Below, piece by piece: positions 1-13,093 of a stretch of 64,000 nt of DNA. This stretch comes from Callorhinchus milii (Eukaryota): positions 21,578,001 to 21,642,000 of the forward strand of contig NW_024704743.1 of NCBI RefSeq assembly GCF_018977255.1, in the 5' to 3' direction. Under the pieces are notes generated by a model, which searched no databases, was not told the DNA's origin, and saw nothing but the letters and a program-made list of their open reading frames with translations. Position 1 is the first letter of the stretch. Every line of letters starts with the position of its first letter. The translations under genes and the position numbers were made by a program.

Positions 1-830
1 ACCCTAAACCTCGTCAGGCTCCACTGTCTCCCTGTTTCCCAATGGATCAATTCCTGGTCCTCAGACTTCACTATAAATCTCGCTATCTCCCTATTTTTGT
101 GATTTTTTTCCTACTTCACTCCTGCTCAATCTCCTGTACTTGGCAAACTGGGGTCTCTGTGTGTTTCCGTCTCCCACAACTGAGCCTTCACCAACTACAC
201 CACTAACCTCTGGAACTCCCTCCCTCAAGCCCTCTGTCCTCGTCTCTTCATCTCTGTTTTCAAATCCTGCTAGAAAACATACGTTTGCAACCCTGCCTAT
301 GGTCACCTCCCTCCCTTCCTTGCTCGGCATCTGACAAGATCCCTGTGAAGCACTCTGAGACGGTACCCTACATTAAAGGAGCTTTATAAATGCATGCATG
401 TTGTTATAAGATATAACAAGTTGCAATTATATAGCACACTTCACGCGAATAGCATCTTGTTCACTTAACGGTGGTGGAGCTTGATGCTGAGCCAGGAAGA
501 GAGGGTAGGTGACTGTAGGTGCAGCCATAGAGGAAGTTCTTCAGATGCAATCAGAAGATGGACAAGGATGGCAAGGTTGAGGGATTGAAGCAGGAAGTTT
601 CAGAGTTTCAGTGCATAGTGGCTTAAAGCACGGCCACAGATGGTGAAGCAGAGGAAACAAGGCAGGTGTAGAAGACCGGAGCAAGTTCAGCAAAGGGGGC
701 ATGCAGAGTTTAGGAGGAGTTAGAGCACGAATGATTTGTGCATGAGTTTGAGGATCTTGAAGTCGATCCATTCCGCAATAGATAACAGGTAAGGACTGGG
801 GTGATGAGGGCTAGGGAGTTTGTTACAGGT
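1..830. mobile_element. Tail-to-tail L2 3' fragments (+ 1-405; - 415-830)
   Basis: TCCACTG..TCCC, TATAAATGCA..TTGTT tail and GATCTTGAAGTCGATCC. Similar L2 tails at ~15840-16110, 17720-18370, 33975-34160, 38720-39055, 45580-45920, 47890-48340 and 50520-50930. Confidence 0.75.
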
Positions 831-3693
831 GAAAATGGAGATATATACGGATATTTGCGATATTTGTAACTGTCATGACCTCATCTTTTGTTTCCAGGAA
901 GTAAAATCAAAGACAAATGATATAATTTTGTAAATTCCATTTTAAAGGAGGTAAAATGAAGAGATATTCCAACAAGGAAAAATAAATATAGTAAGCCCGC
1001 GACTGTAATGACTGAATCAGGGTCAAAACTAAACTGAAGGCCAACGGTATTTTAAAAGAAGCAAAGAAATCACCAGTATTGAGTATTCACAGTCATGTAA
1101 AAGGGAAATAGTATAATGCATTGCTATAGCAACAAGCAGCATTCAAATATTTTTGTTAAAATCTATGTTAGCTTTGTGATTCCTTTCATTCTGATACATA
1201 AAAATAGGAATCTTTGCTCTATCTTTATAATGTACTTTCCCATTATAAAGACATAGATGGTTTTAGAGACCAGGGTAATACAGAGTGCTAACAACACGGA
1301 AGGTCCTTTAAAAAGGATCACCTCGGAGCAAATATTATGGAAGTTCATGAGACGGTGGATGTGCTGAATGGATTTTTCCCATCAATTCTGATGAAGATTG
1401 TGGTCAGATTTCAGTTGTAGTTATTTTGGCGAAGAAATCTTTAACTGGAGCTATCATCGGTAGAGCTTGTGTTTCAAAGAAATTAAAGGGATAACATTTC
1501 TCTTCTCATGATGTGTACTGTGTTTTGATGACGTGCATTCATTATGAGTATAGATTGTCTACATTCCTGAATTTCTGAAGTCCAGGATCAAGCAGCGAGG
1601 TGGATTTGTATTAAACAAGGGAAGTAGCTGCAGGAAGGGAGGGAGGAGGGCTCTGGCTCCATTGAACACCCTGGAGGCAGAGTCAGCTTCACAGCTTGCG
1701 TATCTATATGCTAAAGGCCCTCACATGAAGCTATCATAGGGTTTGATAAGGTAGCAAAAATAGGCTGTTTCCACTGGTTGGGTAGTGCATACCCAGGGAA
1801 CACAAATATAAGACAGCGACTAGGGGATCAAAAAGAGAATTTAGGAGGAACTACTTCACCCAAAGGGTAATGAGACTGTGGAACTCGTTCCCTGAAGTGG
1901 TGGTTGAATCAGATGGTATAGATGCATTGAAATGAAAGCTAGACCGTGACATGAGAGAGTGAATTTGTTGTCCACTCCTCGTTCATTGATCACTCACATG
2001 GTGAATTATTGTACCAATCCACTAAAGTGCTGAAGTTTGTTGTAGCCTATGAATATTTCCAGGATATCTGTAATCAACAGCTTTAAAGCGCAAAACCAAA
2101 GTGCAACCTAGTGATGTTTATTACTCTACCTTTTACACTGTGTTTCAGATGAACTCATTTCTTCTTTGTGTTAAAATACATTACATTGATTTGAAGTTTA
2201 ACCGCTGTTCAATGTAGTGTAGTGTACAATTAACAATTGTCAAGCTATAATTTTATCTCTTACTTAAAGTATAACTTACGGTTGGATAATGATGCTAAAT
2301 GGGTCTTGTTCTACAATCTGCTACTATATGTGTAAGCTTGACAGACGTAATTTCATTCTCCGGCATTATTTAATTTGAAAGTCTGCCTTTGAGAATATGA
2401 CTTTTGGTTTGAAAGCCTTCATAAACCAATTATGAAATGTCATGCTACAAGAGAGTTCATTCAAACAGTCATGTTGTAACATTAAGATTATCCGTTACTG
2501 TATTGGTGAGCAGGTTTGGTAATGTAGAGATACATTATATTATACTTACTGAAGTGCACTTTACGTTATTCCATTTAAAAAGGTACTTACTTTAGCCCCA
2601 ATAAAATAGATATTAATTACAACATTTTTTTCCTAAACCTTTAATTCTCCTACAATCATAAAATCCCACAGCACAGAAGTAGGCCATTTGGCATTGAAAG
2701 AGCTACCAACAAGTCCCACTCCTCCGTGTTTTCCCCATAGCCTTGCAATCATTTTCTTCTCAATTAAGTTTTCAAGTTCTTTTGTTAAATATATTTTATC
2801 AAGGTTCCGAGCCGCTTCAGTAATTGACTGTATACAAATCTAGTTTAGTTTTGCTCACCAATGAAGTACAAGCACTTGCGTTTGTGATCATTTCATAATA
2901 AATAATAATCCTTGCATTTGATATGGAGCTTCATCAGGTCGTTGAAACCGTCTCAAAACACTTCACGGAATTGACTGTGAAGGATACGGACTGTGTCGTT
3001 TGTAGGAATTCTCAGTTTGTACACAGCAATGTCCCACAAACAACCATGAAGTGAATGATCATTTTTTATTTGCAGTCGTTGATAGATATGCTGACCTGCA
3101 GAGAATGAAATGCAACTCCATGCCTAGGTCAATAAATTTACCGGCACCTTCCCCTAAACCAGCTTCAGTATTTTTGAAGCTATGGGACTCATGAAGTCAT
3201 GAAGTCACTAGACTCAGATAATCTACCCTAACACTCCAATGCAGTGCTGGGGGAGTATTGCATTGTTGGGGGCACCATCCTTCCGAGTGAGACGTTAAAA
3301 CCAAGGTTGTCTCTATCTATTCAGGTGGACATTAACATTCCCATGACACTGCTCAAAATGGGAAGGGAGCTTTTCCCAGTGAATAGCACCCAAACAAAAT
3401 TCACTTCATGTTTATTTATGGGACAATGCTGTGAGTAAAGTGGCTGCCTGTTCACCTAAAAAGTATAACAATATATACTAATAATCTTTGCATTTGATAT
3501 AGCACCTTATCACGTCAATAAGACATCTCAAGTGCTTCACAGAATTGTAAAGTATATTGTGAAGTGAATTGACTGTGTATTTTGTGGGCAAAACACAGAA
3601 GTATCCTAGGAACCATAATAGATTGAGAGAATCCCAATCAATGCACTTTACAGTATATGTTGTAGAGCACTTTATGAAACGTAAAGATTATTT

Positions 3694-4073
3694 GGAGTCC
3701 TGTAGCTCAGTGGTTAGAGTACTCGCTTTGCAAGCGAGAGACCTGAGTTCAATTCCAGGCAGAGGGCGAAACCTTGGGCAAGTTTCCTTACTCCACACGC
3801 CTAATAATAATCTCTCCAAAACCAAAAACAATAATAAATTGGTCATTTTCAATCTACGACTGTTTGTGGGACATTGCTGTGCGCAATTGGCTGCCGCGTT
3901 CGCCCATAAATATACAGTCAATTCACTTTACAGTGTGTTCTGTGAAGCGCTTTGGGACGTCCTCCCGACGTGAAAAGCGCTATATCAAATGCAAGGATTG
4001 TTGTTGTTGTTGTTGTCCTCCCGAAGTGAAAAGCGCTATATCAAATGCAAGGATCATTATTATCATTATTATT
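3694..4073 (+). mobile_element. Young tRNA(Ala,TGC)-headed Deu-domain SINE, short subfamily, with duplicated 3' end
   Basis: A box TAGCTCAGTGG; anticodon arm CTCGC-TT-TGC-AA-GCGAG; B box GTTCAATTC; Deu-like core TTTGTGGGACATTGCTGTGCGCAATTGGCTGCCGCG; L2-like tail. Confidence 0.9.
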
Positions 4074-5223
4074 TGTGTGGTAGGAATTAGTCTGAGCTGG
4101 GAGCCTGAGCAAAGCCCAAGAACAATCACAAGGGTGTGTGTGTGTCCAGAGGACGGAGGAGTAACCTCTGACCAAGTACCACTCATCCCTCAATCAGGTG
4201 CGAGCCATGGAGAAAGAACTATATCAGGGGGCAGCAGCTGATAAAGAGCTCAGTCGAGGTCAGATGGATTGATCTGCAATAATCTGTGCTTCATTGAGAT
4301 ATTAGAAGGATCCAAGGGACAAATACAATGAAACACCTCTGGACAATTCTGTCAGACATTGTTGTTTCACCTCCTGCTTCAATATTGCCCTGAACCAGGG
4401 CTGTCAACATTGAGTAAATCGTAGCAGTAACATTGACAACAGTACTAAATCCAATTTAACATGTGGACTGTGCATATTTTTAAGAGTGACAAACATCACA
4501 TTGAATTAAAAAAAAACATATTGAGGGAATATGATGAGTGGCACTTGGCAGATGTGCTGGAAACTCAGTAAGTGAGCTGGGACTTGAGACCACAGCTGGC
4601 ACTCAATAAGAATCTTTACGTTTGATATAGCTCCTTTCACATCAAGAGAACTTTGCAGGATATACTGTAAAGTGTAGTAACTGTGTACCTTATGGCTGAA
4701 TGCAGAAGTTGTGGGCAGGGGATCATCCCACTCAGCTCCTGTTAGCCCTGAAAGACCAGACCCTAACAGGTAGTGTTGTCCTAGCTGGACAAACAGCGAG
4801 AAAGCTTGCCAGACAGCAGCAGGAGACAATTTGCACTCAACAATGTCCCAGAAATAGCCACGAAGTGAACAACCAATTTTATTTGGAGGCTTGTTGGCAA
4901 AGACACAGGAAGAAACTCCTTTGACTTTTCAAATAGTACCACTCCATCTTTAACATCCACCTTAAGAGGCAGGCAGACGGGACCTCAGTTTAACATCTCA
5001 TCTGTAGATATTTAAATAAGGAGAAGACTCTTTTGGATGCTGGGTTTTTTTTTCAAAACATGAAACGGCTCTCAACCTGAGGGATATTTTTAAAAAAAGT
5101 AACATCAGAGGCTTGGTTGAGGCATCACGCAGAGCATAAACAGCAGAGATATGTTGCATTATTACACACTAAAGACCATTCAAAGCATCCAAGGAGAGGT
5201 TTGAGACGAGATTTTCAAGGACA

Positions 5224-5616
5224 AATAATAATAATAATCCTTGCATTTGATATAGTGCCTTATCACATTGTTGAGACATCTCAAAGCGCTTCACAGAATA
5301 TACTTTGTAAAGTGAATTGACTGTTTATTTTGTGGGCAAAAAGCGGCAGCCAATTGCACACAGCAGTATCCCATAAACAGTCGTGGATTGAGTGACCAAA
5401 TTATTATTATTATTTGTGTTTATTTTTTTGAAGAGATTATTACCCCGGAAAAGCAATCCACCAATCGACTAACAACTGGGTTGCTACTTACTGCTAGGTA
5501 AACAGAGTCATGTGGAGTAAGGAAACTTGCCTAAGGTTTTGCCCTGACCAGGAATCAAACCCAGGTCCTCTCGCTTGGAGGTGAGTGCTCTAACCACTGA
5601 GCTAAAGGACTCCACG
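5224..5616 (-). mobile_element. tRNA-headed SINE, long subfamily
   Basis: Same head and tail, plus the internal CTGTTTACCTAGCAGTAAGTAG...TTCCGGGG segment. Confidence 0.88.
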
Positions 5617-8600
5617 ACTTACGTTCTCATGTTTGAGAAGTTCCATGTATTCACTAAAGAAACTTTGAACAAAGCAAAAAGCAATCACTTTGTTCTGTTC
5701 TCTAACAGCACCATCATGTGCAACAATTGGAAAGATAAATTCAGCATCGACTAATCTTTCACAGAAAATAAAGCACTGAGACACAGTGGGCAGGCAACTG
5801 GGCTCTTAAGAATAAAGAACGCAGGACTGAGAATTTTTCGTAGTAAGGCAATAAATCAATTTACGACTATTCTTCACTGCCATTTGCGCTCCCTGCTGAT
5901 CTGTGTGTTCTTCAGGGAGGCAATAATTGACTCTTTAAAACGTTCATCGGCTGAAATCAAATGAGGCAAGGCAAGGAAGATGGTGCACACAATAGTGTCC
6001 AAAGACTGAACGTTTGAAGGGCTAATCTGCCTTCCTCTCTGAGCAACAAGCACTTGAAAGGGATCACAGTATGAGAGCTGCGTGGGATTTACTCTCTCTC
6101 TCAGTCTGTGTCAGGAAGGTCGTCATGGAAAGGAAAGGGAAAGATTCACAGGGAAGATATCCCAGTTACAGTTATTGATGCTTGGGATTAAGGAATATTG
6201 ACAGAGGCCAGCATGTGTACTGAGGTCACCTCTCAGGCGGGATATGCCAAATTCATTAATTAAAAGATGCAGCACGTAGGAAGGTCAGGGTAAGAGGACA
6301 GTGAGTTTGCTTTGGTGACTTTTTGGAGTCCACTTAGGGGGTTGATTTGTACAATGTTGATTCCATCAGGCGGGGCAGCAAGGAATGTCCGATTGTTATT
6401 TTAATGGATGAAATTCTGGGAATTCTGTAGTTACTGCAAATTATGATCTGTTTGTAAAATTGTCAATGAGACGACACTCCCAGTGGGATCTGGGCCACTC
6501 CCTGACTAGGAAGGCAGATGGACAGTCTGTGCCACTAGCTGCTCTGTAAACATTCAGCTGGAGGCAGGCAAAGAAGCATCCAGCAGTGACTCAGTCACTG
6601 AATGTTCCTAAGGAGAAGCTCATCCCCTCCAACAATGTAGTTGAGAACAGGAATTTGTCACGCAGGGAATGCTAGGAATGAATCCTCCTCACACAGTTCG
6701 AGGTGCTACCTAATGTGAATGGCGTTATATTAATTCAAGTTGTTATTGTTGCTTCTATAGCACAGCACGTAAGGATTACCAAAGTCACTGTGTCACCGTG
6801 TTACTTGTACTTTTCAACTATAATTCATCAGGATGGTTAAAACTATTTTTTTGAGGGTCAGCCAGGTATCTGACACATGCAGAAACCAACCTCCACACTT
6901 CAGAGTATCTAAACTAGGCTGAGACTTCCGAGGATCCCTCCTACATGTTGGAAATTCCCATTTCGACCGGAATGCATACTCTCCCTGGAGGGATGCATCC
7001 TGCTTACCTAAAACCAGAGAGTATTAGGTGAGGTTGGCAAGAACCAAAGATCGCAGACCCCATATCTTATAAAACTACAAACATTATCTCTTCAACTATT
7101 TCACAGATAGTGTCTGTATGTTCAGATGGATGTTAAAGTTCTCATTGCACTTTTCAAAAAGTGTACTGGTCAAAACTTTTCTAGAGAAATTAGTCATTCA
7201 CTTCGTGACTGCTTGTGGGACATTGCTGTGCGAAAACGGATTGCCATGTTCATCTACAAATACACAGTCACTTCACTTTACAGTATATTCTGTAAAGCAC
7301 TATATCATGAGATGAGCTAAATCTGGGCAGGGGTATGCAGTATTCTGGTTTTGGAGGTGTAAGCGTGGCCTGAACCTTTCAAGCTGCAGCCCTGACAAAC
7401 AGGCTGGCCCCAGTACAATGGTTAGCATTTTCCATTTTTATATCTGGGCGTGGATTTTTATTTAAGGTTAATAAAATAATAATAATCCTTGGATTTGATA
7501 TAGTGCCTTTCAGGTCAGGGGTATTAAAGCATTTTATGGGATTTTACTGTAAACTGTAGAGAGTAGTGATTGTATATTTTGTGGGCAAACAGTTCCAATT
7601 TGCGTGGCAATGTCCCACAAACAGCCATGAGTTTGGTTTATATTGTTACGCAGTTTCCAGGTTACAGAGATGAATTTCAGTGAAGTTAACTGCTGTTGAA
7701 ATGCTGAATCTATATATCTGCTGTCCCAGATTATGCATTGATCACTGATCCAGACCACAGTACTGAATGCCTTTTGTTACAGCCCTCAGGCACACACACT
7801 GCTGTGTGACACAAGTGGGAGAGAGAACTAGTGCAGAGTCAGCTCCAGAGAGGATTGTATGTCACATTTGGTGCAGTGGGGGCATGCCTGATGGTCACTT
7901 TGTGCAGGAAACAGCAGCTGACTTTGCAGAGTGTTTGCAGTTTTAATCAGGTTAGAAAATCAGAGGGATTATGAGACAATCCAAACCTGTGGCGCACTCA
8001 AACAATCTGTGAAAACTGGTATCTATGTAACTGGGTGTCTTGTGATCTACAGCAATCATCCTTGCATTTGATATTGCTTCTCATCCCATTGTCAAAACAT
8101 CTCAAAGCACTTCACAAGATTTAGTGCAGTGTACGGACTGTTTTTTTGTAGCCAAGTGGATTCCAATTTGTGCACTGCAATGTTTCACAAACAGCCATGA
8201 AGTGAATGACTAATTTTATTTGGGGGGATTGTTGGTCAGGACACCAGGAGAAACTCCCTTCTCTTCTTCAAATAGTGCCATGGGGTTTGTAAAGAACACC
8301 TGAACAGGCAGTGAAATTGGCAATGCTGCTCACCCCAGAATTGCACTGGAGTGTCAGAATAAGACTGTGATGTTTAGGTCCTGAACTGTGTTTGAGTTCA
8401 CAGTCTTCTGACTCAAAAGCAAGAATGTTACCAACTGAGTGAGACTTGATCTAATGATGGCTTAAATATATATAAAACCACATATGGTATAATAATGAAT
8501 CCTAATTGTTACATTTGATATAGCACGTTTATTGTTCAATTGATCAAACTTTTCATTGAAACTCTTCAATCACTCAAAGGTAGGTGAACAGACTTACGTA

Positions 8601-10704
8601 TTTCAGTCATCTCTTTCAGTTAAATAGTAATAATGCTTGCATTTGATATATATATATTGTCAGGTCAGGATGTAATTTTACTCTAAAGTGTAGTTACTGT
8701 ATATTTTGTAGGTGAAGATGGCAGCCAATCTGCTCACAACAATGTCCCACAAACAGCCACAAAATGAATAACTATTTTCTAGGGGATTGCTTCTGAACAT
8801 AAATATGGAACATATATCATCATAGATTGTCATTGGAAAAATTGTGTTAGAGTACTCAAGAAGAATGGTCAAATGACACCATTTGTAGAAAACAATTATT
8901 TGCCTAAAAATAACAACATGGAGTTACACGAGGAATGTTGAACTAAAGCAGTAAATTGCTATAAATTAAACAATTGTAAATTTTCAAGCAGGATTATTAT
9001 TGCAACGAAACTTGATCAGTAGGATAATACAATTTGTCTCACAACAGTTCCCTGTTAATGGGTGAATTCTGCTTCACGATGATAAGAAGGATCAAAGAGC
9101 GTTGTCACTATGAAGCCAGTTATCCAATTATCCAGTCATCAAATGTAAGTTATCCCTGTGATACCTTTTCTGACACCTCCTGCTTAATACCCAAAAGGCC
9201 AACAGGATGGGAAGTCCCTGTTTTCACGCATGTACTGATATTCATGCTGAAAATCAAGATCAAGCCAGCCTTTTGCCCTTCTGCTCTAGTGATATTTTAA
9301 TTAATTTTGGAAACAGGCTGAACAGAAAATTATAGCAATAAAATGTTTTCCCATGTTTCCCAATATGAGGGGAAACAAGCGATTATGTGATATATGATTA
9401 TCGTCTCCCCACCCACTCCCTTTAGTAGAGTGTGTTACAGCACTGAAACAGGCCATTGGACCCAATTCGTTGCTGGGTGTTTATACTCCACACAAGCCTC
9501 CAACCATCCTAATCCCCTGCCCTCGCAGCCTCCCCCCACTCTTCTATTCCCTTCTCTCCTCATGTGTCATGCATGTATATATTTTCTAAGATTCCTCAGA
9601 GAATTTGGTCTTTATTTGCCAGAGTAGGAGAGATTAAACACGCTCAAATAAGGTTACATCTGTTACTATGTTTACACATAAAAGAAATGTGAATTTAATT
9701 GTTGAAGTGCCAATTGCTGTGGAACGTTCATGTGCAGAACATAAAGATGAAAGAGGGGAGTAGAATGAGAAAATCAAAGCATACGAGGAGGAAATCCCTA
9801 CAATTTCCATCCCAAAGACCCTTACAACTTTACTTCTAAACTTTCTGGGTTTAACTTCTGAACAGAGATCTGGACACTATGCATTCTTCAAACTTTATCC
9901 TAACCTCCAAAAAGTCAATTCATATGAAGGAGTTGGTAACTTTTTCCATAAAATCTGCAGAAAGTGCCAATTCTCCTACGTTTTCAGAGAATATGGAAAC
10001 AATTGCAATGATCTTCACATTTTCTGTAGACTGTACAGTCATAAAGGAAAAACAAATTGTCTGTAGAACGGGAAAATAGTCTAATTCCTTGTTCACAGTA
10101 AATTCCCTATTTTCATTTGGAATTTAAGCATTCAATTTTTATACACAATGTATTTAGTTTTGCCCACAGAAAACCCACATGATCACTCTACAGTAATTCC
10201 TGTGAACTACCCTCAGGCGTCCTCCCAATGTGAAATGTGTTATATCAAATGTAACGATTAGTATTTTTGCTGAAATGCAAACACTGTTCAGTTATTTGCT
10301 GCTCTCCCGTGGCCTCTAAAAAGTGTCACCATTGTGTGGTGCTATAAAAATGGCTGTAATGAAAATAGTGTTCTCCTGACAAACCCCTGTATGGCATATA
10401 TACTTGCGAGACTTTGGCTCCGATAGGAACTCAGGTCCAAATTTCTCTTATAAGCCTTCCATCTGATCCTTGACCAAGTCCGCTTTCTTCCACCTCTGCA
10501 ACATAGCCTTTCTTTGTCCCTATTTCACTCCCAAAGTAACTGAAACCCTCACCCATGTGTTTGTCACTGCCTGCCTTGATTTCAAAAAAGCTCAGTTTGC
10601 CGGCCTTCCCAGATAACCAAGAACTTGGCAGTTTTCTCCTGCACAAGGCTCCATCTCTCCATCCTCGCCAGTCTACCTCTATTCCCCAACAGATTGCCTT
10701 GAAC

Positions 10705-10885
10705 AAAATGCAAAATAACTGCAGATGCTGGAAATAACAAAAACAGAAGTCGCTGGGAACACTCAGCAGGTCAGGCAGCATCTATGGAGAAAGGAAAATG
10801 AGTCAACGTTTCGGGGTCAGGACCCTTTGTCAGAACCCTACCAGTTCTGACAAAGGGTCATGGACCCGAAACATTGACTCACCTT
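10705..10885. mobile_element. Penelope-type palindromic non-autonomous element
   Basis: CAGCAGGTCAGGCAGCATCTATGGAGAAAGG arm, then inverted GAGTCAACGTTTCGGG..CCCTTTGTCAGAAC / GTTCTGACAAAGGG..CCCGAAACATTGACTC. Confidence 0.75.
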
Positions 10886-12195
10886 GTACTATTTATACCT
10901 TTACACAGAAATACGTGAACACAAGTAGCATCTTTCCTTTTTGAAACTTATGGCATCAGTATGCTGTGCATTATTGTACGTAGCAGTGGTTTATGCTTTC
11001 ACTGTTTTGGGTTCGAAGGTACGGTTTGCAGTGGAGCTAACTCCACAAAAGATCAGCTTATTCTGTTTAGCCGAAATTTTATATTAAGAACCTGTGAACA
11101 GAGGAACCAAAGTCACTTGCATTTTATATTTTAAAGCTTGATTACTTAATAAGGCAGATAGGTTGTATTGGTTCAATAACATAGCTATCAAAGGCAGAGT
11201 TATGACAAACAATATTTGATGTTATGCTTATGTTACTCTCACTGGCTCGAACTGAACACTGAGATGACCAATTCTAACTGAACAAACTATAGTATTACTG
11301 GACCTGGTTTATAATTGTCCTTTTTTTTGAAGTCAGGATGGTCTGTGTGAATCTACATGTCCTCACTCACCTGATAGTTGTTCTCAGGCTGATTTGAACA
11401 AGCTGGGACTGTCCTTGAGTATGGTACCCATCAGCTGATTCTGATTAAAACAATGTAGAACCATTATATCAACAACCAACCAGAGAGCTGCAGCTGCGAC
11501 GAACACATTTCTTACTTCTGAACCAATCTAGCGCTTCAAGTCACACGTACGCTGTCATTTTTGCATAACGTGTTATCTAAAGGAGGACCAACAACCCCTT
11601 AAAATATACCACGCTTAGACATAAACTCTACAATTTAGTTAACTCTGATTAGGCTTATGGTGTCTATAAATTATTCCAAATACGGACTAGTATGTGATAA
11701 ACAACGTTCACCTGATTAAATAACCAAGTTATCATCCAAATTGTCATTCCACAGGTGAGCCAACAAACATAAGCATTTCTAACTGAACCAAAATAATATT
11801 TTAAGCAATAATCTATTTCTGATTCCAACACTGATATACCACTGAACATTTTCCTGAAATGCATCCTATATACAATGGTGTGAGCATTAATTGTGTTATG
11901 TTATTGCACTTGCATTTGTTGCAATGTTGCTGGTTGCATTTTATGCAGAAGCAGTGATGCTGAATAAGCACCTGGGCCCCTTAGAACCCAAAATAATGTC
12001 AGTCTAGTTCCCTTTAACTGCATTGCACAGCAGCCCATAAACATTTGGGAGAGAGAACAGGTGACTTAGAATGACTTAGGTGACTCTTATAATAGAAAGG
12101 TATGCACAATAAAAAGTAACAAAACATATTTTCCACTATTCTTTAAAGTCAACACCAACCAGCCTGCATTGATACCGAAATTGTTAATTGCTCAA

Positions 12196-13093
12196 AATAA
12201 TAATAATAATAATAATAATAATCCTTGCATTTGATATAGCGCTTTTCACGTCTTCTAGACGTCCCAAAGCGCTTCACAGAATATACTGTAAAGTGAATTG
12301 ACTGTATATTTGTGGGCGAATGCGGCAGCCAATTGCGCACAGCAATGTCCCACAAACAGTCATGGATTGAAAATGACCAATTTATTATTGTTTTGTTTTT
12401 TGGAGGGATTATTATAGTACAGGAGCGATTAATTAAAGGAAAAGAAAAGTGTGCATTTTTACCCCATCTTCCTGTTGAATGATGAGAAAACAGTTAACAT
12501 CTCTTACTCTTATAGGAGAAATGTCAAGCTTTAGACTTGTTATATTGAGTCTCCCTATATTGACATTTTTTCATGTGATCATCTTCAATTGATCAACTGA
12601 TATCTAATTGCTTCAGCTTATCCAGCTTTGGATATACTATATTTTAAAGCATGTAATAGTAAGGTCATTGCACAAAGTCACATCTTTTTGAACTTCTACC
12701 TCATTCAATCCACAATTTGAAAGCATACATCTCCTACAATTAACCTCAATGCCCTCACATTGAAATCAAATTGATTAAAATCACATCAAACTACAGCCAA
12801 TTTTGTATGACAATAATAATAATCCTTGCATTTGATATAGCGCTTTTCACATCTTCTAGACGTCTGAAAGCGCTTCACAGAGTATACTGTAAAGTGAGTT
12901 TACCCTATATTTGTGGGCAAAACACGGCAGCCAATTGCGCACAGCAGTGTCCCACAAACAGTCGTGGATTTTCTTGAGGAATTATTATTAGGCATGTGGA
13001 GTAAGGAAACTTGCCCAAGGTTTCGCCCTGCCGGGAATCGAACCAGGGTCTCTCGCTTGCAAGGCGAGTGCTCTAATCACTGAGCTACAGGAC
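12196..13093 (-). mobile_element. Two tRNA-headed SINE copies (3' half at 12196-12414; near full-length at 12812-13093)
   Basis: Near-identical to the 3694 and 46728 copies. Confidence 0.85.

Noticed and set aside
3694..3765. tRNA-Ala(TGC) gene
   Set aside because: It is a SINE head: no proper acceptor stem, continues into the SINE body, and is multi-copy.
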